A DNA stretch of 64,000 bases from Eubacteriales bacterium (GTDB lineage Bacteria > Bacillota > Clostridia > Oscillospirales > CAG-272), in the NCBI GenBank assembly GCA_045653945.1, contig JAZOML010000004.1, positions 57,095 through 121,094 of the forward strand, read 5' to 3'. Both the position numbers and the translations under genes were made by a program. The notes beneath the pieces were generated by a model. It had not been told where the DNA came from, searched no databases, and worked only from the letters and a program-made list of their open reading frames with translations. This document shows positions 33,217 through 44,700 of this stretch, piece after piece (the stretch's first letter is position 1; every line of letters starts with the position of its first letter).

Positions 33217-34914
33217 ATGTACGATTGCAGATATTGGATCTGGCTCTCTACCAAATTTGAGCCCGGAGCTATTAAATGCGACAAGCTTTTGCAGGAGTTT
33301 GACTACAATCCAAAAGCTATTTACGAGGCGGAGCGTGATGCCTTTGTCAAGGTTTGTGGCTCTAATCTACGGTTGCTCAATGCACTTTGCGACAAAAATC
33401 TTGACGAAACGCTTGAGATACTTCGCTTTTGCGAAAAGCACAACGTTGGCATACTGACACAAGATGACGAAAAGTATCCATCTTCTATTCTTCGCATAGA
33501 CGGACAGCCGCCTGTTATATACTATAAGGGAACGATACCCGATTTTGAACATAGATTTTCAGTCGCTATCGTTGGCACAAGAAAGGTTTCGCCCTACGGA
33601 AGCTCCGCTGCCTATACTATCGCACACGATATTGCCGCCGCAGGCGGAATAATCGTAAGTGGTATGGCGCTTGGTACTGACACCGCCGCTCATAGAGGAG
33701 CTCTAGATACTAAGGGAACAACGGTTGCTTTCCTTGGATGCGGTATTGACGTCATTTACCCTAAGGAAAATGCCGCGCTTATGAAGGAAATTATCCAAAA
33801 CGGCGCAGTTATGACCGATTATCCTCCGCACGCAAGACCAGAGGGGCGCCACTTCCCTGTACGCAACCGTTTAATAAGTGGAGTAAGTCACGGCGTTCTG
33901 ATTGTTGAAGCGGCTAAAAAGAGCGGCGCACTGATAACCGCCGACCACGCAAAAAAGCAGGGTAAGCTTCTCTATGCTATCCCCGGCAGAATAGGTGAGC
34001 TTAACAGTGAGGGCTCGAACAATCTCTTGATTTCGGGCGCAAAAACTGTTCTTAACTCCTCGGATATAATAAACGATTACCGACTGCTTTTCAATCTTGA
34101 TGCAGAGGTCGATATGAGTGGCTTTAAGGGCTTTAAGCCCACCGAGCGTTCAAGTGCCGATTTAAAGCAACCCTACAAAACTCCGACTTATAACCCGTTT
34201 GCAAACGAAACGGGCACCTATTCCGATAGAAACACTGAAACACCCTTTTACGATAGGTTTATTCCATATCCCAAAAGAAAAACGGAACAAACCACCGAGC
34301 AGGCTACCTCCAAGAAACAGTTATCATCCGTCAATTACAAGGCTTTAGATAACGGGGATATGAACGGACTAAAGGCAAGTGAGCCAAAGCCCATAATAAT
34401 TTACAATGATTTCGAGGAAGACGATAGGGCGCGCTCTTATATGTCGATGGGTACAGACAAATCCCCTGAAATTGAGGAGCTTAATGCTCTTGCAGGGCGT
34501 CCCATATTCAGATACCCAAGCGAGCCTATGCCCGAGGGCGGTTACAGGATAACTCACAAAGTCGACCCCAAAGAATACGAAAGAAAAGAACGTGAAAGGC
34601 GTGAAAAGCTAAAAGAGGAAATCGGTGATCCCGATATAATTCGTCCTGTTATTCCCCACGCGCCGACTCTTGAAGAAATGAAGGAGCTTCGCGACAAGGA
34701 TACAATCCTTAAATACAATGACGAATATTCCTCTCTCAACGCTACCGAAAAAGAAATAGTTTACTGTCTTGAGGGCGGCAGAAAAACAATTGATGCAATG
34801 TCGCACCTCGGTATACCCGTTCCAAAGCTTCTTTCAGTTCTCACTATGCTTGAAATTAAGCAAATTGTAAATCAGCTGCCCGGCGGTTATTTCGAATTAA
34901 AGCGCAGGCACTAA
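33217..34914 (+). CDS. dprA: DNA-processing protein DprA/Smf with a long internal low-complexity insert
   Basis: Rossmann core VGTRKVSPYGSSAAYTIAHDIAAAGGIIVSGMALGTDTAAHRGAL and a C-terminal winged-helix-like end. At 565 aa it is well above typical DprA lengths. Confidence 0.85.
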   Translation: MYDCRYWIWLSTKFEPGAIKCDKLLQEFDYNPKAIYEAERDAFVKVCGSNLRLLNALCDKNLDETLEILRFCEKHNVGILTQDDEKYPSSILRIDGQPPVIYYKGTIPDFEHRFSVAIVGTRKVSPYGSSAAYTIAHDIAAAGGIIVSGMALGTDTAAHRGALDTKGTTVAFLGCGIDVIYPKENAALMKEIIQNGAVMTDYPPHARPEGRHFPVRNRLISGVSHGVLIVEAAKKSGALITADHAKKQGKLLYAIPGRIGELNSEGSNNLLISGAKTVLNSSDIINDYRLLFNLDAEVDMSGFKGFKPTERSSADLKQPYKTPTYNPFANETGTYSDRNTETPFYDRFIPYPKRKTEQTTEQATSKKQLSSVNYKALDNGDMNGLKASEPKPIIIYNDFEEDDRARSYMSMGTDKSPEIEELNALAGRPIFRYPSEPMPEGGYRITHKVDPKEYERKERERREKLKEEIGDPDIIRPVIPHAPTLEEMKELRDKDTILKYNDEYSSLNATEKEIVYCLEGGRKTIDAMSHLGIPVPKLLSVLTMLEIKQIVNQLPGGYFELKRRH

Positions 34915-34983
34915 GCATATTATTGTTATCAAATCGCTTATGCGTTAAATGTTAAATATATCACCCGAACTAGGAGAAAACAA

Positions 34984-37221
34984 ATGGCAAATTTAGTAAT
35001 AGATGAGTCGCCTTCTAAGGCAATAACCATAAAAAACTATCTTGGCTCAGGCTACAAGGTCCTTGCATGTCAGGGACACGTACGCGACCTGCCCAAGAGC
35101 ACACTCGGTATTGACGTCGAAAACGGCTTTACTCCACACTACATCAACATCAGAGGTAAGGGCGACCTTATTGCTACCCTCAAAAAGGAAGCAAAGTCAG
35201 CCACCAAGATTTACCTTGCAACCGACCCTGACCGTGAGGGTGAGGCTATATCTTGGCACCTCTCTATTGCTCTTGGACTTCCCATTGAGCAAACCAAAAG
35301 AGTTTGCTTTAACGAAATTACCAAGAACGCTGTTAAGACGGCTATTAAAACGCCTAGAAATATAGATATAAAGCTTGTTGACTCACAGCAGGCAAGACGT
35401 ATTCTTGACCGTATAGTTGGATATAAGCTCAGCCCGTTCCTTTGGAAAACAGTTAAGAGCGGACTTTCCGCAGGACGTGTTCAGTCTGTTGCAACTAGAA
35501 TTATTGTTGATAGAGAAAAGGAAATAAATGCATTTATACCCGAGGAATATTGGCTCCTCGACGCAACCTTTAAAAATAGTGGCATAAAGGCAAGATATTT
35601 CGGCAAAGTAGGCTCAAGCGCAAAGGTTGAACTTGAAAACGAAGCTCAGACTATGGCGGTTATCGAAGCGGTTAAGGGTGAACATTTCGTAGTCAAGAGT
35701 GTTAAAAACGCTATCAGACAAAAAAATCCCGCTCCTCCCTTTAATACCTCCTCTATGCAACAAGAGGCATCCAAAAAGCTCGGCTTCCAATCACAGTACA
35801 CAATGAAGGTAGCGCAGGAGCTTTATGAAGGTATAAACCTCGGCGCAGAGCACGGCGGTATTCACGGTCTTATTACCTATATGCGTACTGACTCGCTCAG
35901 AGTTTCCGACGAAGCGGTTGCCGCAACAAAGGCGTATATTTCCGAAAAATATAACGATAGGTATCTTCCTTCCTCGACAAGAGTATATAAGGCTAAGGAT
36001 GGCGCGCAGGACGCACACGAGGCTATACGCCCCGCCGACGTAACCCTTGAGCCCGATATGATAAAGAAATATCTAAGCGCCGGTCAGTATAAGCTCTATA
36101 AGCTCATTTGGAGCCGTTTCGTAGCAAGTCAAATGGCAAATGCGGAATTTGATACTCTATCATCCGACGTTCAAGCAGGCGACCATATCTTCCGAGTAAG
36201 CGGAAACGTCGTAAGATTTGACGGTTATATGACACTTTACAAAACCGATGACAGCGACGAAGAAGAAAGCAACCGTATCCCCGATTTAAAGAAAGGTGAG
36301 GAGCTTTCACTTGATGAGCTTATTCCCGCTCAAAAATTCACAGAGCCGCCCGCAAGATACACCGAGGCTACTCTTATCAAGTTCCTTGAGGAAAAGGGCA
36401 TTGGACGTCCCTCTACCTTTGCGCAAATTATCTCTACGATTATCTCAAGAGGATACGTAAAGCGTCAAGGACACTCCCTTACACCCACCTCACTTGGCGA
36501 TATAACCACTCAGCTGATGATTGACAACTTTAAAAACATCGTTGATTACAAGTTCACCGCTAAAATGGAAGACAGTCTTGACAGTATTGCCGACGGCAAG
36601 AATACTCTCGTTTCCGTTCTTTCGGGCTTCTACAAGGATTTCAGCAAGAGCCTTGAAGCGGCTGAGGAAGCTGTAAAGAAGGTCAATATTGAAATTCCTG
36701 CCGAGCAAACAGATATCATTTGCGACAAGTGCGGAAGCATTATGATAGTCAAAAACGGTAGATACGGCAAATTTGCCGCCTGCCCCAACTATCCCGAGTG
36801 CAAAAACACCAAGCCTATCGACTCCGCAAAGCAAAAAAGCGCCGAGCCTGAGACTACCGACCTTATTTGTGAAAAGTGCGGCGGTAAGCTCGTTATCAGA
36901 AACGGCAAATTCGGCTCGTTCTATGCTTGTGAAAACTTCCCCAAGTGTAAGTTCACAAAGCAAATAACCAAGGAAACGGGCGCTCTCTGTCCTAAGTGCG
37001 GCGCAGATATCGTCGCAAAGCGCGGCAAAAACAACACTTCCTTCTTCAGCTGTGAAAAGTTCCCCGATTGCGACTTCTCTACTTGGGACGCTCCCGTAAA
37101 GGACAAATGTCCGCAGTGCTCTTCTCTTATGTTCTACAAAAAGAGCAAGGGTATTGCATACTGCTTTAACAAGGTTGAGTGCGGATATACCACTCCCTAC
37201 GATTACAAAGATGAAGAATAA
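34984..37221 (+). CDS. topA: DNA topoisomerase I
   Basis: Toprim N-terminus ([22 protein letters not shown]), active-site region YMRTDS and four C-terminal Cys4 zinc ribbons. Confidence 0.95.
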   Translation: MANLVIDESPSKAITIKNYLGSGYKVLACQGHVRDLPKSTLGIDVENGFTPHYINIRGKGDLIATLKKEAKSATKIYLATDPDREGEAISWHLSIALGLPIEQTKRVCFNEITKNAVKTAIKTPRNIDIKLVDSQQARRILDRIVGYKLSPFLWKTVKSGLSAGRVQSVATRIIVDREKEINAFIPEEYWLLDATFKNSGIKARYFGKVGSSAKVELENEAQTMAVIEAVKGEHFVVKSVKNAIRQKNPAPPFNTSSMQQEASKKLGFQSQYTMKVAQELYEGINLGAEHGGIHGLITYMRTDSLRVSDEAVAATKAYISEKYNDRYLPSSTRVYKAKDGAQDAHEAIRPADVTLEPDMIKKYLSAGQYKLYKLIWSRFVASQMANAEFDTLSSDVQAGDHIFRVSGNVVRFDGYMTLYKTDDSDEEESNRIPDLKKGEELSLDELIPAQKFTEPPARYTEATLIKFLEEKGIGRPSTFAQIISTIISRGYVKRQGHSLTPTSLGDITTQLMIDNFKNIVDYKFTAKMEDSLDSIADGKNTLVSVLSGFYKDFSKSLEAAEEAVKKVNIEIPAEQTDIICDKCGSIMIVKNGRYGKFAACPNYPECKNTKPIDSAKQKSAEPETTDLICEKCGGKLVIRNGKFGSFYACENFPKCKFTKQITKETGALCPKCGADIVAKRGKNNTSFFSCEKFPDCDFSTWDAPVKDKCPQCSSLMFYKKSKGIAYCFNKVECGYTTPYDYKDEE

Positions 37222-38545
37222 GGTTACGGTTATCGGAGCAGGTCTTGCAGGCTCTGAGGCAGCTTATCAAATAGCAAAGCACGAAGTTGCAGTTGACCTG
37301 ATTGAAATGAAGCCGAAAAAACGCACTCCTGCGCACTCCTCCGATAAATTCGGCGAGCTTGTTTGCTCAAACTCTCTTCGCTCACTTCAAATTACTAATG
37401 CGGCAGGTATGCTCAAGGACGAAATGCGTATGCTCGACTCCTTAATTATGCAAGCGGCAGATGCAAGTGCAGTTCCTGCGGGGGCGGCTCTTGCGGTAAA
37501 CCGAGAGGAGTTTTCGGCCTATATCACTGAAAAAATAAGAAATAATCCGCTTATAAACGTAATCGAGGACGAGGCTACCGAAATTCCAAGCGACGGAATT
37601 TGCGTTATCGCAAGCGGCCCTCTTACCTCCGATGCTCTTGCAAAGGAAATTGCGGAGTTCTTTGGCGATAAAAAGCTTTACTTCTTTGATGCGGCAGCAC
37701 CTATCGTTGATGCACACTCGCTAAACTATGACGTAGTATTTGCACAGTCAAGATACGACAAGGGCGATGCGGACTATCTCAACTGTCCTATGGACAAGGA
37801 GCAATATCTTACCTTTTACAATGCTCTTATACACGCCGAGGAGGCTGAATTACACGATTTTGATGCCAAAGAGCAAAAGGACCTTACCGTTTTTGAGGGT
37901 TGTATGCCCGTCGAGGTAATGGCTAAACGAGGAATTGACACCCTGCGCTTTGGTCCTATGAAGCCGGTTGGACTTACAGACCCTAGAACAGGCGCTGAGC
38001 CTTATGCCTGTGTGCAATTAAGAGCTGAAAACAAGGAAAAGACAATGTTTAATCTCGTCGGATTTCAAACGCATTTAAAAATCGGCGAGCAAAAGCGTGT
38101 TTTCGGTATGATACCCGGACTTGAAAACGCAGAATTTTTACGCTACGGCGTAATGCACCGAAACACATACATCAACTCCCCCGGACTTATGCAGCCTACT
38201 TATGCAACCGTAAAGCGCCCTACTCTTTTCTTCGCAGGACAAATGACGGGTGTTGAGGGCTACATTGAAAGCGCGGCATCGGGACTACTTGCAGGTATAA
38301 ATGCCGCAAAAATGGCACTCGGTGAGGATACACTAGTATTCCCCGAAAGCACCGTTATCGGTTCAATGGCGGCTTATATCAGTCGCGGCGGTACGGGAAA
38401 GTTCCAACCGATGAACGCAAACTTCGGTATAATCGAGCCGCTTGGATTTAAGGTCAAGGGCGGCAAAAGCGCAAGAAACGAGGCTCTTTACCACAAGGGC
38501 ATTGATGCGCTTGATAAATTTATAAAAGAAAATCTTAACGGATAA
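37211..38545 (+). CDS. trmFO: Methylenetetrahydrofolate--tRNA-(uracil54-C5)-methyltransferase
   Basis: [25 protein letters not shown] motif. ATG 37211 overlaps the topA end by 11 nt. The track N-terminal extension was rejected. Confidence 0.9.
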   Translation: MKNKVTVIGAGLAGSEAAYQIAKHEVAVDLIEMKPKKRTPAHSSDKFGELVCSNSLRSLQITNAAGMLKDEMRMLDSLIMQAADASAVPAGAALAVNREEFSAYITEKIRNNPLINVIEDEATEIPSDGICVIASGPLTSDALAKEIAEFFGDKKLYFFDAAAPIVDAHSLNYDVVFAQSRYDKGDADYLNCPMDKEQYLTFYNALIHAEEAELHDFDAKEQKDLTVFEGCMPVEVMAKRGIDTLRFGPMKPVGLTDPRTGAEPYACVQLRAENKEKTMFNLVGFQTHLKIGEQKRVFGMIPGLENAEFLRYGVMHRNTYINSPGLMQPTYATVKRPTLFFAGQMTGVEGYIESAASGLLAGINAAKMALGEDTLVFPESTVIGSMAAYISRGGTGKFQPMNANFGIIEPLGFKVKGGKSARNEALYHKGIDALDKFIKENLNG

Positions 38546-38550
38546 ATAAT

Positions 38551-39954
38551 ATGCGTGATAATTTTAATCTACTCACTGTTCAAAAGGCGCTTGGGTACAC
38601 CTTTAAGAACGCAGAGCTAATCAAAGCAGCGTTTGTGCATCGCTCGTTTGAGGGCGTTGAAAGTAACCTCAAGCTCGGCTTTGTCGGTGAAAAATTAGTT
38701 GAGTTTATAATTGCGGACTATCTTTTTTCACACGGTGCAACCGTTGGTGAAAAACAGCTTGAGCATTTATTTAACTCCTACATTGAGGCTCTTAAGCCAG
38801 AAAAATATATAATTGATAAGGGACTTTGCGAGCTTATAAAGCTCTCTTCTCTTAACGAATCGCTTAGAAAAAGCAAGGCGGTATGCCGCGAGGTTTTCTT
38901 TGCCGTTTGCACAGCAATTTACAAGGATGGCGGACTTCCGGCACTTAAAAGCTTACTTATGCCTATGATACGCTCACTTGATAAGGGTGAGCATTATGCT
39001 CCAAGTCTTGAGGGTAAGATAATTACAACGGACGATACTCCGCAGGATACCGACAAGCATATCAAAAACGCCCGTGTAAAGCCGAACAAAAGCGGTATCG
39101 GTATTTCAAAGGCGGAAACGGTAAAGCCCGAATCTTCTCACACAAAAAAGGAAAGAGCTAAAAAGATAGAAAAATCTGATGCTCCCATAAAGGAAGAAAA
39201 AACCAAAAAAAGCGGTGCTTTATCAAAGCTTTTTGGCAAAAAGGACGCAGAGCCTGAAAAAAAGGCTGAAGCTCCCGCTGAGGAAAGCGCACAAAAAAAG
39301 CGTTTTATACGTGATGCGCTTGAGCCTGTAAAGCTGTCGGACGACCTTCGTAATTTCAAGCCTAAAAAGAGCGCAAGAACTCCTGATAAGCCTTCCGTAG
39401 ACCAAGCTCCCGTTTCGGTATCTCCACAAAAGGAAGCTCAAAAGGAAAGCGACGATGAAAACTACAAGTCGCTGCTTCAGGAAACGGTACAAAAAAATAT
39501 TCGCTCCGCAAACGTGCTTTTACAGTACAAATCCAGACCCGTAGGTAAAACCAAGTGGTATTCCGAGGTTGTCTTTATGGATAAGGTAATCGGCAAGGGC
39601 GAGGGAGATGGCAAAAGACTTGCCGAAAAGCTTGCAGCTGAGTCCGCCTATAAGGCAATCACAAACAAAAACAGTGAAATAGGACGTTGGTTTGCCTCAA
39701 AGCGTGAGTCAGGCGCAGTGATTGAAGCACCGCAAACCGACTACGTTTCAAAAATCAATCAGTATTTTCAAAAAACACAGCGTCTTTCAAGCGCTCCGAT
39801 TACCTACGAAAAGCGCCACTCCCCCAAAAAGGGTGTTTTCAGAATTGCCGTCGTTTACGAGGGTAAGGAAATCGGCGCGGGAGAGGGCAAAAACCCAAAA
39901 GAGGCAAAGCAAAATGCCGCAAAAGAGGCTTGCAGGACACTGAATATTAAGTAA
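38551..39954 (+). CDS. RNase III-like pseudo-nuclease domain, K/E-rich linker and two dsRNA-binding domains
   Basis: The N-terminus aligns to the adjacent rnc, but the signature reads NLKLGFVGEKLVE instead of NERLEFLGDSVLE, and FFAVCTAIYKD instead of FEALLGAIYLD. Two C-terminal dsRBD-like modules follow (GKGEGDGKRLAEKLAA, GAGEGKNPKEAKQNAA). Confidence 0.6.
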   Translation: MRDNFNLLTVQKALGYTFKNAELIKAAFVHRSFEGVESNLKLGFVGEKLVEFIIADYLFSHGATVGEKQLEHLFNSYIEALKPEKYIIDKGLCELIKLSSLNESLRKSKAVCREVFFAVCTAIYKDGGLPALKSLLMPMIRSLDKGEHYAPSLEGKIITTDDTPQDTDKHIKNARVKPNKSGIGISKAETVKPESSHTKKERAKKIEKSDAPIKEEKTKKSGALSKLFGKKDAEPEKKAEAPAEESAQKKRFIRDALEPVKLSDDLRNFKPKKSARTPDKPSVDQAPVSVSPQKEAQKESDDENYKSLLQETVQKNIRSANVLLQYKSRPVGKTKWYSEVVFMDKVIGKGEGDGKRLAEKLAAESAYKAITNKNSEIGRWFASKRESGAVIEAPQTDYVSKINQYFQKTQRLSSAPITYEKRHSPKKGVFRIAVVYEGKEIGAGEGKNPKEAKQNAAKEACRTLNIK

Positions 39955-39968
39955 AACAGGATGCTATT

Positions 39969-40676
39969 ATGCAAAATGGTAACAATTTAGCGAGCCTTGA
40001 GAAAAGGCTTTCATACGTATTTAAAAGCAAAGCGCTTCTAAGCGAGGCGCTTACGCACTCCTCGTATGCAAATGAATTAATACAGCGCGGCGTTGACTGT
40101 CGCTCCAACGAGAGGCTTGAATTTCTTGGCGACTCAGTACTTGAGATAATAGCAAGTACTTATCTTTTCGAAAGCTTTCCCGACGTGCCTGAGGGTGATT
40201 TAACGAGAATACGCTCGGAAATAATTTGCACTGCAGCTCTTTGTGAATATGCAAAGCAAATACGCCTTGGCGACTATCTTTTCCTCGGCAACGGCGAAAA
40301 GAAAAACGGCGGAAGCGAAAAGCCTACCACCCTTGAAAACGCCTTTGAGGCACTTCTTGGCGCTATTTATCTTGATACGGGATGTATTCTTGATACCGTA
40401 CGGGCTTTTGCGATACCTTTTCTTGCAAAAAGAGCAGGTCAGGCACAGTTTGATTCTACCGACTACAAGTCCGAGCTTCAGCAAATTATTCAGCAAACAC
40501 CGGGCGAGGAATTAAGATACGAGGTTGTAGACAGAATAGGACCTGACAATGACCCAACCTTTACCGTATCGGCGCTTCTCAACAGCAACGTAATCGGCAC
40601 AGGAAAAGGGCCGTCCAAAAGAAAGGCTGAGCAGGCGGCAGCCAAGGATGCTCTTACAAAGTTCTTCAAGAAATGA
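39969..40676 (+). CDS. rnc: Ribonuclease III
   Basis: Signature NERLEFLGDSVLE, then AFEALLGAIYLD, and a single dsRBD (GTGKGPSKRKAEQAAAKDAL). Confidence 0.9.
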   Translation: MQNGNNLASLEKRLSYVFKSKALLSEALTHSSYANELIQRGVDCRSNERLEFLGDSVLEIIASTYLFESFPDVPEGDLTRIRSEIICTAALCEYAKQIRLGDYLFLGNGEKKNGGSEKPTTLENAFEALLGAIYLDTGCILDTVRAFAIPFLAKRAGQAQFDSTDYKSELQQIIQQTPGEELRYEVVDRIGPDNDPTFTVSALLNSNVIGTGKGPSKRKAEQAAAKDALTKFFKK

Positions 40677-41686
40677 AAAAACACGTAAATATCCCGATTT
40701 TTATTCCACACTACGGTTGCCCAAACGACTGTGTCTTTTGCAATCAAAGAAAAATAACGGGAAAGCCCTGCTACGATAGAGATAGCGTTATTGCGGAAAT
40801 CAGTCAGGCGCTTTCTACTATTGACAAGGACAAAACAGAAATCGAGCTTGCCTTTTTTGGGGGGAGCTTCACTGCAATTCCCGAAAACGAAATGCTCGGA
40901 CTTCTCGCCATATCCGATATTTTCCTCTCTAACGGCAAAATAAGCTCGGTACGTCTTTCTACCCGTCCTGACGCAATAAATAGCCGTATACTTCAAATTT
41001 TGGCTTCTCACGGCGTCAAAACCATCGAACTTGGACTGCAAAGCTTTTCGGACACGGTACTTTTAGCCTCGAAAAGAGGTCATACCTCTTATCACTCGGA
41101 GCAGGCGTGCAGGCTTATTAAAGCAAACGGCTTTACACTTATCGGTCAGATGATGGTAGGTCTTCCCTCTTCTACCGTTGATGATGAGATTTACACCGCA
41201 AACAAAATCTGCGAGCTTGGGTGCGACGGAGCAAGGATTTATCCTACTGTCGTTTTCCCTGACACCGAGCTTGACAAAATGAAATTGCGCGGTGAATACA
41301 CTCCTCTCACCATCGAGGATGCGATAAACCGAAGCGCCGAGGTATTTTCGATATTTGCCGAAAACGACGTCCCCGTTATTCGCATAGGGCTTTGCGCAAA
41401 CGAAACCCTTACAAGTGATATCTACTTAGAAAATTATCACCCCTCAATAGGTGAGCTTATTATCAATAAATTTTACCTTACTAAAATGCAATCAACTCTT
41501 ACAATCTTTGAAGATTTGGTCGGCAAAACCGCCTGTTTTACCGTTGCAAAGGGCAAAATAAGTCAGGCAGTAGGTCAAAAAAGAGCTAACGTCCTTGCTC
41601 TAAAAAAACAATTTAATTTAAAGGACGTAATTATTAAAGAAAACGATGAAATAAGAGCGTTTTCGCTCTTGGTCGATATAAAATAA
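40673..41686 (+). CDS. Radical SAM protein (ELP3/HemN-like)
   Basis: CxxxCxxC motif (CPNDCVFC) near the N-terminus. ATGA overlap with the rnc stop. Confidence 0.7.
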   Translation: MKKHVNIPIFIPHYGCPNDCVFCNQRKITGKPCYDRDSVIAEISQALSTIDKDKTEIELAFFGGSFTAIPENEMLGLLAISDIFLSNGKISSVRLSTRPDAINSRILQILASHGVKTIELGLQSFSDTVLLASKRGHTSYHSEQACRLIKANGFTLIGQMMVGLPSSTVDDEIYTANKICELGCDGARIYPTVVFPDTELDKMKLRGEYTPLTIEDAINRSAEVFSIFAENDVPVIRIGLCANETLTSDIYLENYHPSIGELIINKFYLTKMQSTLTIFEDLVGKTACFTVAKGKISQAVGQKRANVLALKKQFNLKDVIIKENDEIRAFSLLVDIK

Positions 41687-41702
41687 ACGAAAGGAAAAAC
41701 TT

Positions 41703-44700
41703 ATGCGTTTACTATCACTTGAGCTTCACGGCTTCAAATCCTTCCCCGATAAGACGGTTTTGAAGTTTGCACCCGGTGTAACTATCGTTATAGGTCCTAA
41801 CGGTAGCGGTAAAAGTAATATATCCGATGCTGTGCGTTGGGTTCTTGGCGAAATGGTCAACTCAAAGAGTATGCGTGGCAGCAAGTCCGAGGACGTTATC
41901 TTCGGCGGTGCTGACACACGTAAGCCTATGTCATATGCCGAGGTATCCATCACCTTTGACAACCGCGAGGAAGCAGGATTTTCACGTCTTGCAAGCGACT
42001 ACGACGAGGTTACGGTAACCCGTCGCTACAACCGTAACGGTACAAGCGAATATATGATTAACCGTCAGGCAGTCAGACTTAAGGATATCAACACTCTGTT
42101 TATGAATACGGGTGTCGGTAAGGGCGGATACTCTATCGTCAGCCAAGGTAAGGTTGCCGAAATAATCTCACAAAAGAGCGATGAGCGCCGCAACATCTTC
42201 GAGGAAGCGGCAGGTATTTCAAAGTACCGTTCACAAAAGGATGCCGCCGAAAAGGACCTTGCTTCAACTGCACTTAACTGCGAAAGACTTGCGGATATTC
42301 TTGCGGAAAGAAAAACTACTCTTGACCGTCTTGAAAAGGACGCCGAAAGAGCTAAAAAATATCTTGACGTGTATGAAAGAAAAAAGGAGGCGGATATTTC
42401 TCTTTCCGTCTACGATATAACCGTTACACGTGATGACCTTGCCGATAAGCAGGCAAAATACGATGAGCTTACACGTTCACTTAACTTTGCTGATAACGAA
42501 ATAACCGATGCAAACAATGAAAGCGAGCGTCTTGACATCGAGCGCACCAAAGCAAAAGAAAAGGCTTCCACTCTGACATCGAAAATTGAAGGAATGGCTT
42601 CCGACAGAGCCAAAAGCGATACAAGAGCTCAGGTTCTTGCAAACGATATTGAACACCTTGAAGATGATATAAAGCAATCTTCCGATAATATCAAGGCATT
42701 AAGCGAAAGACTTGTTACACTCATTGCAAAAGCGGACGAGGCTCACGAGGCACTTAACAACGTTATCGCCGTGTACGGACAGGCCTCTGAAAAAACTGCG
42801 CTTCTTGAAAAGGAAATGCAGGATATTAAAGCACAAATCGATGCTATTGAGCTTGAAATTGAAGAGGAGCTTGAGAAAACCGAAGCATTAAACGAAAGGC
42901 TTGACAATCTCCGTTTTGCAGGTGCGTCGCTTGAGGGCTCCGAAAGCACGAGCGTTGAACGCCGTGAGGAAATCAAAAACGAGATTGCAGAGACCGAAAA
43001 GTCCACCGAAGCCTGCAAGGCAGGTATGGAAAGATACAAGCGCCGTCTTGACGATTACGACCAAAGACGTTCCGTTATAGAAGCCGAGGAAACAGCTCGC
43101 GCTGAGCAAATTAGTGCTCTCAAGGAAAAACAAGCCGCTTTAAATCAGCAAATTATCGACTTCGCAAGTGATTTAAGAGATATTCGCACAAGAATTGATA
43201 ACCTGCGTAGGATGGAAGAGCTGTTTGAGGGTTATCCTCACAGTGTTTCCGCGCTTATGGGCGCTGCAAAGGCAGGGAAAATAAGCGGAATTATCGGACC
43301 GCTTTCTCACATCTTCTCTACCGAAAAGCAGTATTCTCTTGCTATTGAAACAGCACTTGGCTCGAATATACAAAATATAGTTACCGAAAACGATGCGGCG
43401 GCAAAGGAAGCGGTGCGTTGGTTAAAGCAAAATAATGCAGGTAGATCCACCTTCTACCCTCTTAACACAATGCAGCCATCCTCCCTTACCGTAAAGCTTG
43501 AGGAAATCCAAAAGCGCAAGGGCTTTATTGGTGTTGCATCCGACCTTGTTGACTATGACCCGAAATTTGATGCGGTCATTAAAAATCTTCTTGGCAGAAC
43601 GCTTATTTTCGATAACCTTGACAACGCAAACGATACATCAAAGGCATTTGCATATAAAGTACGCATAGTTACTCTTGACGGTCAGCTTGTAAACGCAGGC
43701 GGTTCAATTACGGGCGGTCAGGCAAAGCGTGAGTCGGGTGTTCTTAACCGTACAGCCAATATTGATACTCTTAATGCCGATAAAATACGTATAGAGGCTA
43801 AAAAACAGAACGCCGATAAGGAATACGCTTTAGTAAGCGACGAGCTTGCGGAGCTTATTGAAAAATCTACTGCTAATGCGGAAAAAATGCAAATTATAAA
43901 TTCACTTTATCAAGCGGATTTAAAGCAGTACACCGCATTTGAAACACAGCTTCAGGGCGTAAACGACAATATTGCTAAATTAAACGAGCAGCTTACGGAT
44001 ATTGATAACAGCGAAATTCGTATGCGTGAGGAAAAAGAGCGTATTGCAGCCGAAATTGAGCAGGTTAAAGCTGAAATTGACGCCTGCGAGCAAAGAAAAA
44101 CCGAAAAAACCGAAAAGCGCTCCTCTCTTAAAAATGATTATGACAAAAAGAGCAGCGAGTACAACCAGTCCAGAATTGACCTTGCAGGTCTTGAAAAGGA
44201 CGTTGAGGCTGCCCGTAGAGAGCTTGAAATAAGAGCAGGCGCTCAATCTGACTGCGAGGGCGAAATTGCCGAGGAAAACGAAGCAATTGAGAGTGCAAAG
44301 CAAGAAATTACAAACCACAAAAACGAAATTATCCGCCTGGCAACCGAAACGGGTAACTACGATGAAACTATTCAGCAAATGAATGATGAACGTAGCGAGG
44401 CCGAAGCGCTTGTTCGTGAGCTTGACGCAAAGATTACCGCACTCGGACGTGAGGTACAGGATAAAATGAGCGCAAGAGAAACACTCTCAAACGATCATAC
44501 AAATCTTGCAAACAAGCTGGAAGCGCTCCAAAATAACCTTGATAATATGATTTCTTACCTGCAAACCGAGTACGAAATCACCTTCTCCGAGGCGCAGGCG
44601 ATGAATTACCCGCCTGTAACCAAGGAAAATCGCTCCGAGGTCGCTCATACTCTCCAAGAGCTTAAGTATAAGCTTCGCGGTATCGGCTCGGTTGACCCCT

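Noticed and set aside
39050-39450. Repetitive-looking AAA/GAA-rich stretch, checked as a possible tandem repeat or array
   Set aside because: It is in frame within the RNase III-like ORF and encodes a K/E/P-rich linker. No exact DNA repeat units or spacers are present.
40490-41041. 183-aa minus-strand ORF spanning the rnc/radical-SAM junction
   Set aside because: It is antisense to two motif-supported genes and has no RBS.
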